Assembly: GCA_963677485.1 (NCBI GenBank)
Contig: OY781964.1
Span: 3,552,001 to 3,616,000, forward strand
DNA: 64,000 bases
Reading direction: 5' to 3'
Source of the DNA: Armatimonadota bacterium
GTDB taxonomy: Bacteria > Armatimonadota > HRBIN16
Positions 56,207-64,000 of this stretch are shown here, in pieces. The notes under the pieces were generated by a model. It did no database searches. It worked only from the letters and a program-made list of their open reading frames with translations, and was not told the origin of the DNA. Both the position numbers and the translations under genes were made by a program. The first letter of the stretch is position 1, and each line of letters starts with the position of its first letter.

Positions 56207-57013
56207 TTAAAGCAGGTGCTCCAGACCAACCACCAGACCTTGACACTTGATGCTTCCGCGAACGGCCAGCATCACCCCGCCCATGAACGATTCGCGGTCG
56301 ATTGAGTCATGGCGAATGGTGAGTGTTTCGCCGTTGCCGCCGAACAGCACCATCTGGTGGGCGATGTAGCCGCTTAAACGTACGCTATGCACAGGCACCC
56401 GAGCTACCTCGGCACCGCGGGCACCTTCGAACTTCTCTTCTTGAACCAGCGTCTTGGGCTCCTCTGTGCGTCCAGCAGCGATCATCTCAGCGGTGCGGAT
56501 GGCGGTACCGCTGGGGGCGTCGACCTTCTTGTCGTGATGCATCTCAATGATCTCGGCATTGGGGAAGTATTTCGCGGCCTGCTGAGAGAAGCTCATCATT
56601 AACACCGCGCCAATCGCAAAGTTGGGGATAATCAGAACGGGCGATGATGATGGCTCCATCATGCTTTCGATCTGTGCCAGTGTCTGTGCCGAGAAACCGC
56701 TGGCGCCGACCACGGGTATCACGCTGTTCTGAAGGCAGATTCCGATGTGGTTCATGGCGGAGCCAAGGTTGGTGAAGTCAACTACCACCTGTGGTTTGTG
56801 CTCAGCGATCACATCGGCCAGGTTCTGCTGCACGAGTACACCGTTGGGGGTTCCGCTGGCGATGCTGCCGATGTCCTCGCCGACATGCATCTGGTCGGCC
56901 GCGCCGACGAGTTCGATGTCGGTCTGCTGCATGGCGGTGTTGACCACAGATCGGCCCATCCGACCGCACGCGCCTGCGACCGCCATGCGGATTTTGGGGT
57001 TGGTAGTATTCAT
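56207..57013 (-). CDS. dapB: 4-hydroxy-tetrahydrodipicolinate reductase
   Basis: GACGRMG, VDFT, PNFAIG, EMHHDKKVDAPSGTA, HSVRL, RHDS. Confidence 0.96.
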   Translation of the reverse strand: MNTTNPKIRMAVAGACGRMGRSVVNTAMQQTDIELVGAADQMHVGEDIGSIASGTPNGVLVQQNLADVIAEHKPQVVVDFTNLGSAMNHIGICLQNSVIPVVGASGFSAQTLAQIESMMEPSSSPVLIIPNFAIGAVLMMSFSQQAAKYFPNAEIIEMHHDKKVDAPSGTAIRTAEMIAAGRTEEPKTLVQEEKFEGARGAEVARVPVHSVRLSGYIAHQMVLFGGNGETLTIRHDSIDRESFMGGVMLAVRGSIKCQGLVVGLEHLL

Positions 57014-57140
57014 TTGGCTCTCCTTAGGGTTCAATATATATAAAAAGTATAGGATACTAATGCGCCATCGTAAGGTGGCATTCCCACGAGGTGGGTAAGG
57101 GTCGTTAAGCGACGGGTAAACAAGGTGGCCTCGGGACGGA

Positions 57141-57321
57141 CACCCACGAAGTGGGTAAGAATCTTATAGCCACGGGTGAGCGCAGCGTAACCCGTGGTGG
57201 ATGGTATGTCATTCCTACCCCGAAGTGGGTCGACCCCCATTCTGGGGTTAACAGAGTGGCCCTATACCAGGGGTATCGCTTCGCTCACCCCTGGCTATAA
57301 GAATCATACCCCTTCGGGGTG
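57141..57321. mobile_element. MITE/PATE-like non-coding element with ~55-bp imperfect terminal inverted repeats (IS200/IS605- or REP-associated type)
   Basis: cacccacgaagtgggtaagaatcttatagccacgggtgagcgcagcgtaacccgtgg versus the reverse complement of 57267-57321. Each arm contains two small hairpins. Confidence 0.65.
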
Positions 57322-57411
57322 CCGGACGGTCCATCAGCATTACCGCTTACAATTGTTGGCCACCATCATGTGACCTCGCTGCGACGATGGCCGGTATACG
57401 GTCTATGTTTC

Positions 57412-57590
57412 GGATGGCCACAAGGGCCATCCCTACGAATTCCATGAAACCAAACATGGCCATCCGCGAACATATTGAAACCCCACAGGGCCATCGGCGA
57501 ATACATTGAACCCAAACACAGCCGTCGGCACGTGTTCCATGCAACCATCCGCGTCTATCCGCGTCTATTCGTGTCCATACGTGGTTGAAA
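57412..57590. repeat. reverse GTAG REP, three degenerate 31-bp tandem units and an ATCCGCGT micro-repeat module
   Basis: GGATGGCCACAAGGGCCATCCCTAC. Units at 57445, 57476 and 57507. CATCCGCGTCTATCCGCGTCTATTCGTGTCCATACGTGGTT. Confidence 0.65.
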
Positions 57591-57628
57591 TATCCTTGCG
57601 AACACAACACAACACCCTAGAGCGCCTG

Positions 57629-58876
57629 TTACGGATTACTGCTTGTGTTGATGATACTACTTTTCGGCCCCAATATCACTTCCGCAGGCGGGCATTTAAA
57701 TAGGGGCGCCAGATGCTGCTGCATGCTCTCGGCGGTGACGGCTAACACCTTATCTTGAATCTCCTGCATACTGATCACTCGGTTGAGATACAACAGGCTG
57801 CGGGTGTTGTGGAACATCCGCGATTCGGTGCTCTCGGTAGAGATCAGCATCCCGCCGAGTATCTGCTTTTTGGCGGTCTCCAACTCACCCTCATGATAAC
57901 CATGAACGAACGGCTTCGCCAACTCGGCCGATACCAATTCTCTTACCTCAGCCACATTGGTGGGTGAACAGCAGGCATAGGTGCCGAAATACCCCGCCTG
58001 GGGGTAACAGTTGGTGAAGCTCTGCACGTGATACACCAGCCCGCGCTTCTCACGGATTTCCTGAAACAGCCGGCTGCTCATGTTGGCACCCATGAGTATA
58101 TCGAATACTACCAGCTCAAACCGCCGGTCATCGCTTTGGGTGAACGCAGGATAAGCGGTGCAGTAGTGGCACTGCTTCACACGGCTGCTGATCTGCTTAG
58201 ACTTGGGTGCCACCTTGATCTCGCGTAGCGGTTTGAGTGGCTCACCTGCCGGTATCTGTCTGAACGCCTTGGTCAGCAGCTTCAACACTGCCGGTCGGGA
58301 AAACTGGCCTGACACCGAGATAATAAGATGACAACCCGAGCAACGCTCCAGCATCATCGCGCGTAACTGATCGGCGGTGATGCTCTCAATGGTGGAGGGT
58401 GTGCCCAGCACGGTCATGGCCAGGGGGTGGCGTCCCCACAAACTGGTGGGTACATGGTCATGAACGGTGTCTTCAGGGTCGTCATGCACCTGGTAATACT
58501 CTTCCAGCACCACCTGTTTTTCGCGCTGAAGCTCTTGTTCATCCATCAGCGGGTGAGTGAGCATATCTGCCAGCACATCAATGGCTGTGCCGATTTCATC
58601 TGTGGTCACGCGGGCATAAAAGCTGATGTGGTCTCTGTCGGTTTCGGCATTCAAATACCCGCCGCATCGTTCCACCTGGTGGGCGATCTGCTGGGCGTTA
58701 CGTGTGGTGGTTCCTTTGAACAGCATGTGCTCCAGCATATGCGAGATGCCGCGTGAGGGCAGCGGATCATTCATGGAGCCGGTATCGACTGTCACGCCGA
58801 TGGATACGGAGTAGGCGGTTGGGATATCCTCAAGTACGACACGTATGCCGTTGGGAAGAAGGCTAGTAGTGATCAT
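57629..58876 (-). CDS. M16 family zinc peptidase
   Basis: HMLEHMLFKGT (HxxEH), REKQVVLEE, SSRLFQEIREKRGLVY. Conserved position after pnp. Confidence 0.93.
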   Translation of the reverse strand: MITTSLLPNGIRVVLEDIPTAYSVSIGVTVDTGSMNDPLPSRGISHMLEHMLFKGTTTRNAQQIAHQVERCGGYLNAETDRDHISFYARVTTDEIGTAIDVLADMLTHPLMDEQELQREKQVVLEEYYQVHDDPEDTVHDHVPTSLWGRHPLAMTVLGTPSTIESITADQLRAMMLERCSGCHLIISVSGQFSRPAVLKLLTKAFRQIPAGEPLKPLREIKVAPKSKQISSRVKQCHYCTAYPAFTQSDDRRFELVVFDILMGANMSSRLFQEIREKRGLVYHVQSFTNCYPQAGYFGTYACCSPTNVAEVRELVSAELAKPFVHGYHEGELETAKKQILGGMLISTESTESRMFHNTRSLLYLNRVISMQEIQDKVLAVTAESMQQHLAPLFKCPPAEVILGPKSSIINTSSNP

Positions 58877-58932
58877 ATATAAGAAGGGCGAACCGGTGGC
58901 TCGCCCTCTGTGTTACCTCGTCCGTTTAGCTG

Positions 58933-61239
58933 TTATCGGCGGGGACGGAAGCGAGCTCGGGGCATATCATCATCCTCGGGCTTCTCTTCTGGTTTCACGT
59001 CTGGCTGTGCTTGAGGCTCAGCTTCACGACGTGGGGCTCTTTCGGAGCGGTCAGGGCGCTCGGAGCGTTCGCGGCTGAAGCCACGGTCGCCTCTATCACC
59101 ACGATCGCTGCGCTCGCCGGATGGTGCACCGCCGCTGGGACGGCCTCCACCGGTGAACACGTTACCCAAGCCTTTGGCGGTGAGGTTGATGCGACCCTGC
59201 TGGTCGACCTCAATCACCTTGACCTTGATTTCGTCACCGATCTTGACCAGTTCATCAGCGCGGCGGACGCGCTCGTCAGACAACTGGCTCATCGGAACCA
59301 GACCGTCCTTACCGGGGATGATCTCCACGAACACACCAAGACTGGCGGTGCGGGTGACCTTACCGGTGAACTCTTCGCCAACCATGACTTCTTTGGTGAG
59401 GGAGGAGACGATCTTGCGAGCGGCTTCCCCAGCTTCACCGGAGTCGGCGGCGATGAATACGCGGCCGTCTTGCTCAACCTGGATGCGGGCACCGGTGTCA
59501 GCACAAATCTTCTTGATTGTGCGTCCGCCTGGCCCGATCAGTTCGCCGATGCGCTCGGGGTTGATCTCGATGCAGATCATGCGAGGCGCATACATGCTCA
59601 GGTCTTCGCGAGGGGCTTCGATGGCTTCGTTGATCTTGCCCAGAATGTGGAAGCGGCCCACCTTAGCCTGAGCTAGTGCCTGCACGAAAACTTCGTGCGG
59701 GATCGCTCCGCATTTGGTGTCCAACTGCATAGCAGTCACGCCTTCAGCGGTGCCTGTGACTTTAAAGTCCATGTCACCGGTGAAGTCTTCCATACCCTGA
59801 ATGTCGCTGAGCACAACAAACTTGTCACCCTCAGTCATCAGTCCCATAGCGATACCGGCGACTGGCGATTTGATCTTCACACCAGCGTCCATCAGGGCCA
59901 AAGTGCTTCCGCAGGTGCTGGCCATAGAGGACGACCCGTTGCTCTCCATTACTTCGGAGGTGAGCAGCATGGTGTAAGGGAATTCGTCTGCGTTGGGTAT
60001 CACAGGACGCAGGGCTCGCTCCGCCAGGGCTCCGTGGCCGATCTCTCGGCGTCCGGGTCCGCGCATGGGGCGGGTCTCGCCTACGCTGTAGGGAGGGAAG
60101 TTGTAGAAGTGCATATAGGTGCGCTCGCCGTCTTCTTCCAGCGTGTCGATGATTTGAGCATCGTCACGCGGGCCGAGGGTGCAGGTAGTGAGTACCTGCG
60201 TTTGACCGCGGGTAAACAGACCGGAACCATGCACGCGAGGCAGAATGCCTACTTCGCAACTGATCGGGCGGATTTCATCATACTTGCGGCCGTCAGGACG
60301 CACGCCATGGTTGATAATCAGGTCGCGGATGCCTTCCTTGACCACTTTGTCGGCAGCCTCTTTAAGGTCGGTCATCTGGTCGGCGTACTCACTGCTGAGT
60401 TCGCCCACGATTTCGTCCTTAAGCAACTGGATACCGGCCTCACGAGAGGCTTTCTCGGGGTCCTGGATGGCGGTCAGAATCTGGGCTGCGTAGTCCTTGC
60501 GGACGCGCTCTACTATTTCGTAGGCGGGCTTGTAGCAAGGCACTTCAGTCTTCGCTTTACCGACCTTGGCAGCGAGCTCAATCTGAGCATCGCAGATGGG
60601 CCGGATCGCTTCCTGAGCAATGAGCAATGCTTCGAGGATGATATCCTCGGACACTTCATTGGCACCAGCCTCAACCATGCAGATGGCGTCTTTAGTAGCA
60701 GCCACAACCAGGTCGAGTTCACTCTCTTCGCACTGAGCGAGAGATGGGTTGATAACCCACTCACCCTCAACACGTCCCACGCGGACTGCGCCAACTGGCC
60801 CGGCCCATGGGATGTTGGAGATCATCAGCGCTGAGGAGGCGGCGTTGATAGCCAGCACGTCCGGAAGCCGCTCACGATCTACAGAGAGGGGAAGAGCTGC
60901 GATCTGCACCTCGTTGCGCATACCGTCAGGGAACAACGGGCGCAGAGGGCGGTCGATCAGCCGAGATGTCAGAATAGCTTTTTCACTAGGGCGTCCGCCG
61001 CGCTTCATAAATCCACCGGGGATTTTGCCAACGGCATACTTACGCTCTTCGTAGTCTACGGTGAGAGGAAAGAAGTCGATGTCTGTTCGGGCCGTTCGAC
61101 TCATGGTCGCGGCGCAGAACACGATGGTATCTCCCCATTGCACCGTGACGGAGCCGCCGGCTTGCTTAGCCAGCTTGCCCGTCTCGATGATAAGGGGAGT
61201 ACCAGCGAGATTGACTTCTACGTTTAAAATGTTGTGCAT
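58933..61239 (-). CDS. pnp: polyribonucleotide nucleotidyltransferase
   Basis: DFFPLTVDYEER, RLIDRPLRPLFP, RREIGHGALA, GDMDFKV. KH and S1 domains. Confidence 0.98.
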   Translation of the reverse strand: MHNILNVEVNLAGTPLIIETGKLAKQAGGSVTVQWGDTIVFCAATMSRTARTDIDFFPLTVDYEERKYAVGKIPGGFMKRGGRPSEKAILTSRLIDRPLRPLFPDGMRNEVQIAALPLSVDRERLPDVLAINAASSALMISNIPWAGPVGAVRVGRVEGEWVINPSLAQCEESELDLVVAATKDAICMVEAGANEVSEDIILEALLIAQEAIRPICDAQIELAAKVGKAKTEVPCYKPAYEIVERVRKDYAAQILTAIQDPEKASREAGIQLLKDEIVGELSSEYADQMTDLKEAADKVVKEGIRDLIINHGVRPDGRKYDEIRPISCEVGILPRVHGSGLFTRGQTQVLTTCTLGPRDDAQIIDTLEEDGERTYMHFYNFPPYSVGETRPMRGPGRREIGHGALAERALRPVIPNADEFPYTMLLTSEVMESNGSSSMASTCGSTLALMDAGVKIKSPVAGIAMGLMTEGDKFVVLSDIQGMEDFTGDMDFKVTGTAEGVTAMQLDTKCGAIPHEVFVQALAQAKVGRFHILGKINEAIEAPREDLSMYAPRMICIEINPERIGELIGPGGRTIKKICADTGARIQVEQDGRVFIAADSGEAGEAARKIVSSLTKEVMVGEEFTGKVTRTASLGVFVEIIPGKDGLVPMSQLSDERVRRADELVKIGDEIKVKVIEVDQQGRINLTAKGLGNVFTGGGRPSGGAPSGERSDRGDRGDRGFSRERSERPDRSERAPRREAEPQAQPDVKPEEKPEDDDMPRARFRPRR

Positions 61240-61247
61240 GAAAGCTC

Positions 61248-61523
61248 CTATATTTTGGCGCGAATGCCCAGCGAAGCGACGACAGTTCGGAATCTAGTAA
61301 TGTCGATTCTCGCAAGGTATTCCATCAATCGTTTTCGCTCACCAACGAGCATCATAAGACCTCGTCTGGTAGCGTGATCGTGGATATGCGTTCGCAGGTG
61401 CTCAGTCAGGTGTTGAATCCGAGCGGTCAGGAGCGCAATTTGAACCTCGGGTGAGCCGGTATCTCCCTCGGTGCGACCGTATTTTTTTACGATCTCCGCT
61501 TTGTGATCAGTGCTAAGCGGCAT
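61248..61523 (-). CDS. rpsO: 30S ribosomal protein S15
   Basis: [32 protein letters not shown]. Confidence 0.97.
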   Translation of the reverse strand: MPLSTDHKAEIVKKYGRTEGDTGSPEVQIALLTARIQHLTEHLRTHIHDHATRRGLMMLVGERKRLMEYLARIDITRFRTVVASLGIRAKI

Positions 61524-61654
61524 GTTGGTGGTATCTCCTTTGTGGTGTGAACAGCGATTATCGCTGCCATATGGAATTAGTTTTGATAGTGGTGACGGAG
61601 TGAGGCCGCACGGCTCCGGAACGGAGAGGCGTGGAAACACACAGAAACCATATT

Positions 61655-61683
61655 AGTGTATCACATGTGGTCTGTCCAGTCAA
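61655..61683 (-). promoter_or_regulatory. sigma70 promoter of rpsO-pnp
   Basis: TTGACT-17 nt-TACACT with extended -10 TG. Confidence 0.75.
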
Positions 61684-61703
61684 TTCGCGTTTGGGGATCT
61701 TTC

Positions 61704-61884
61704 TCACGCGAAGACGCGAAGGGGTATGGTAAGTGTCACGCGAAGACGCGAAGACGCGAAGGGGTATGGTAAGTGTCACGCGAAGACGCGAAGACGCGAA
61801 GGGGTATGGTAAGTGTCACGCGAAGACGCGAAGACGCGAAGGGGTATGGTAAGTGTCACGCGAAGACGCGAAGACGCGAAGGGG
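61704..61884 (+). repeat. tandem repeat, 40-bp unit TC(ACGCGAAG)3GGGTATGGTAAGTG
   Basis: One 32-bp unit, three perfect 40-bp units (61736, 61776, 61816) and a partial unit. Confidence 0.95.
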
Positions 61885-62095
61885 GATCGTCTGAACCACG
61901 GATTACACGGATTGACTGGATGACACGGATGGGAACGGATTGGAGAGGGGGACGTGTCACGCGAAGGCGCGAAGACGCGAAGGGGATGGAGTGACTGCCA
62001 CCTGGGAACGCCAATCTCCCGATTGGCATCCGGTGTCCCTCTCCGTCCCATCCGTGTCATCCTGCAAATCCGCGTAATCCGTGGTTCAGACAATC
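61885..62095. mobile_element. MITE-like element with ~60-70-bp inverted arms enclosing two other repeat modules
   Basis: GATCGTCTGAACCACGGATTACACGGAT..GGATGACACGGATGGGA versus TCCCATCCGTGTCATCC..ATCCGCGTAATCCGTGGTTCAGACAATC. Confidence 0.7.
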
Positions 62096-62168
62096 ACCCA
62101 GCGCGGTCACACGGCTGCGGTTTCCACGCCCCGTGTATCCATAGAATGTCTGACGTATCTATATATAT

Positions 62169-64000
62169 ATGAAGAAGCAGATATTTCGTATCACAGGTAT
62201 GAGCTGCGCAGCCTGCTCAGCGGGGGTGCAGAAGCGGGTTTCGCAGATGGACGGAGTGGCGGAAGCCAGCGTGAACCTGGCCTCCGAGCGGCTGGTGACC
62301 AGCTTTGACCCCGACCGCACCTCTGTGGACGGCATCGTGGCAGCGGTCAAGAGCGCCGGATATGGTGCCATCCCGATGGAAGCCAACGATACCCTGCAGG
62401 CCGGACAGCAAAGCTCAGAGGCGGTCAGCACCAGGCTCTGGGTGTCGCTGGCGTTTGCCATCCCGCTGCTGGTGATCTCTATGGGCCCGATGGTCGGCTT
62501 CCACGCGCTGCATTTGCCCGATCCTTACGGCGGTTGGCTGCAGGCCGTGCTGTGCATGCCGGTGATCATCGTAGCCGCACCACTTTTCCGCAGCGGCTGG
62601 AAGGCGGCTCAGGTCGGCAGTCCCAACATGGACTCGCTGGTAGCACTGGGCAGCGGGACAGCATTTGTATACAGCCTGTATCTGATGATCGCGGGTGGCA
62701 GCCAGCACCACCTCTATTTCGAAAGTGCGGCGGTGATACTGGCACTGATTACCCTGGGCAAGCATCTGGAGGCACGCTCCAAAGGGAGGGCCAGCCTGGC
62801 CATCCAAGCATTGATGCAGCTCACCCCCGCGACCGCCACAGTGATTCGAGACGGTCAAGAGACCACCATCCCGGCGCAGGAGCTGAAGCCCGGCGAGTTG
62901 GTGCTCATCCGGCCGGGTGAGCGTATCCCCGCGGACGGCGAATTGGCCGAGGGGACGACCTCTGTTGATGAGTCGATGCTCACCGGTGAAAGTATGCCGG
63001 TCAGCAAACAGCCTGGTGAGCGCGTGTATGGCGGGACGGTCAACGGCAACGGGCTGATCACTATCGAGGTTCATCAGGTGGGCAGCGACACCGCGCTGGG
63101 GCACATTATCCGCATGGTGGATGACGCCCAAAGCAGCAAAGCTCCCATCGCCCGGCTGGCCGACCAGGTCTCGGCCTGGTTCGTGCCGGCGGTGCTGGTC
63201 ATCGCGATACTCAGTGCGGTGGGATGGATGCTCGCGGGTAAACCTCTGGAGTTTGCGTTGACCGTGTTTGTTTCGGTGCTCGTGATCGCCTGCCCCTGTG
63301 CACTCGGCTTAGCCACCCCCACAGCGGTGATGGTGGCGGTAGGCCGTGGTGCCGAACTAGGCGTTCTGCTGCGACATGCCGAGGCACTGGAGCAAGCGGG
63401 ACGAATCGACACCATCGCCTTTGATAAAACCGGCACCCTCACGGAGGGCAAACCGAAACTCACACGGCTTATCTGCGCAGAAGGTATCTCTGAGGAGGAA
63501 CTGCTCATCATAGCCGCCAGCGTGGAGCATGGCTCCGAGCATCCTCTGGCCAGTGCTGTAGTGAACGCCGCGGAGGATCGTGATCTCACCCTGAAGCGTG
63601 CGCTTCAGTTCCAGAACCTGCCCGGGCAGGGGGTGCAGGCCACCATCTCTGGCAAGCGCATCCTGGTGGGCAGTGCGGAGCTATTGGCTTCACGCAACAT
63701 CGAGCTGCCATCTGACTGGCCGGCAGAGGCCAGCTTCTATGTCACCAGCAATGAGCTGCCCATCGGGGCGCTGATTGTGGCTGACCCCATACGGGCCGAA
63801 TCGGCCTCGGCTATACGGCAACTCAAGGCACTGGGCATCAGCACCGCCATGATCACCGGTGACCGCGCCGAAGTGGCGCAGAAGATCGCGGATGAACTGC
63901 ATATCACCGAGCTGGTAGCAGGCGTGCTGCCCGATGGCAAAGCGGCGCAGATCGCCCGGCTGCAGAACAAGCCTGCGCATGTCGCGTTTGCCGGCGATGG
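62169..64000 (+). CDS. copA: copper-translocating P1B-type ATPase (3'-truncated by window edge)
   Basis: Manual translation from ATG 62169: [63 protein letters not shown]. Absent from the ORF track because no stop falls in the window. Confidence 0.93.
   Translation, partial: MKKQIFRITGMSCAACSAGVQKRVSQMDGVAEASVNLASERLVTSFDPDRTSVDGIVAAVKSAGYGAIPMEANDTLQAGQQSSEAVSTRLWVSLAFAIPLLVISMGPMVGFHALHLPDPYGGWLQAVLCMPVIIVAAPLFRSGWKAAQVGSPNMDSLVALGSGTAFVYSLYLMIAGGSQHHLYFESAAVILALITLGKHLEARSKGRASLAIQALMQLTPATATVIRDGQETTIPAQELKPGELVLIRPGERIPADGELAEGTTSVDESMLTGESMPVSKQPGERVYGGTVNGNGLITIEVHQVGSDTALGHIIRMVDDAQSSKAPIARLADQVSAWFVPAVLVIAILSAVGWMLAGKPLEFALTVFVSVLVIACPCALGLATPTAVMVAVGRGAELGVLLRHAEALEQAGRIDTIAFDKTGTLTEGKPKLTRLICAEGISEEELLIIAASVEHGSEHPLASAVVNAAEDRDLTLKRALQFQNLPGQGVQATISGKRILVGSAELLASRNIELPSDWPAEASFYVTSNELPIGALIVADPIRAESASAIRQLKALGISTAMITGDRAEVAQKIADELHITELVAGVLPDGKAAQIARLQNKPAHVAFAGD

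Noticed and set aside
57445-57535. Degenerate CRISPR (ATTGAAAC-like ends)
   Set aside because: The 31-bp units are directly adjacent with no spacers, there are only three, and they are poorly conserved.
61721-61851. CsoR operators (GGGGTATGGTA) upstream of copA
   Set aside because: Only half of the TACC..GGGGTA pseudo-palindrome is present, and it lies over 300 bp from the start codon.
61704-61884. CRISPR array
   Set aside because: Units are identical end to end with no unique spacers, and there are no cas genes.

Overview
Bacterial chromosomal window. Gene content (FlgD-Ig-tailed secreted proteins, DUF6785-type membrane protein, UroD-like protein, many glycoside hydrolases, four-domain S1) suggests a diderm Terrabacterium, most plausibly Armatimonadota; this is inference only. 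Housekeeping blocks are polA(3' part)-rpsA-coaE, glgA, groES-groEL with CIRCE, ubiX-degP, ligA-recQ, rpsO-pnp-M16-dapB-MBL hydrolase, and a truncated copA. The notable accessory content has five parts. (1) A 15.7-kb six-gene + strand cluster (3352-19095): three large secreted proteins, one a subtilase, share a ~430-aa C-terminal module ending in a T9SS-CTD/FlgD-Ig-like domain with an (S/T)RGG motif. They are bracketed by two CsgG/FlgT-like proteins and followed by an outer-membrane beta-barrel, making this a candidate undescribed secretion or surface-assembly system. (2) A ~130-nt promoter-to-terminator structured RNA present twice, with a compensatory base change, around an aminoglycoside phosphotransferase gene. 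(3) A Fic/HTH gene enclosed by 110-bp direct repeats built from ATGTCGA..TCGACAT palindromes. (4) A modular, nested set of intergenic repeats: GTAG-type REPs that supply stop codons, ACGCGAAG and ACGGAT micro-repeats, and MITE-like inverted repeats. (5) Three paralogous unclassified six-hairpin glycosidase-like genes and two genes split by -1 frameshifts. No tRNA, rRNA, CRISPR array or transposase gene was seen.
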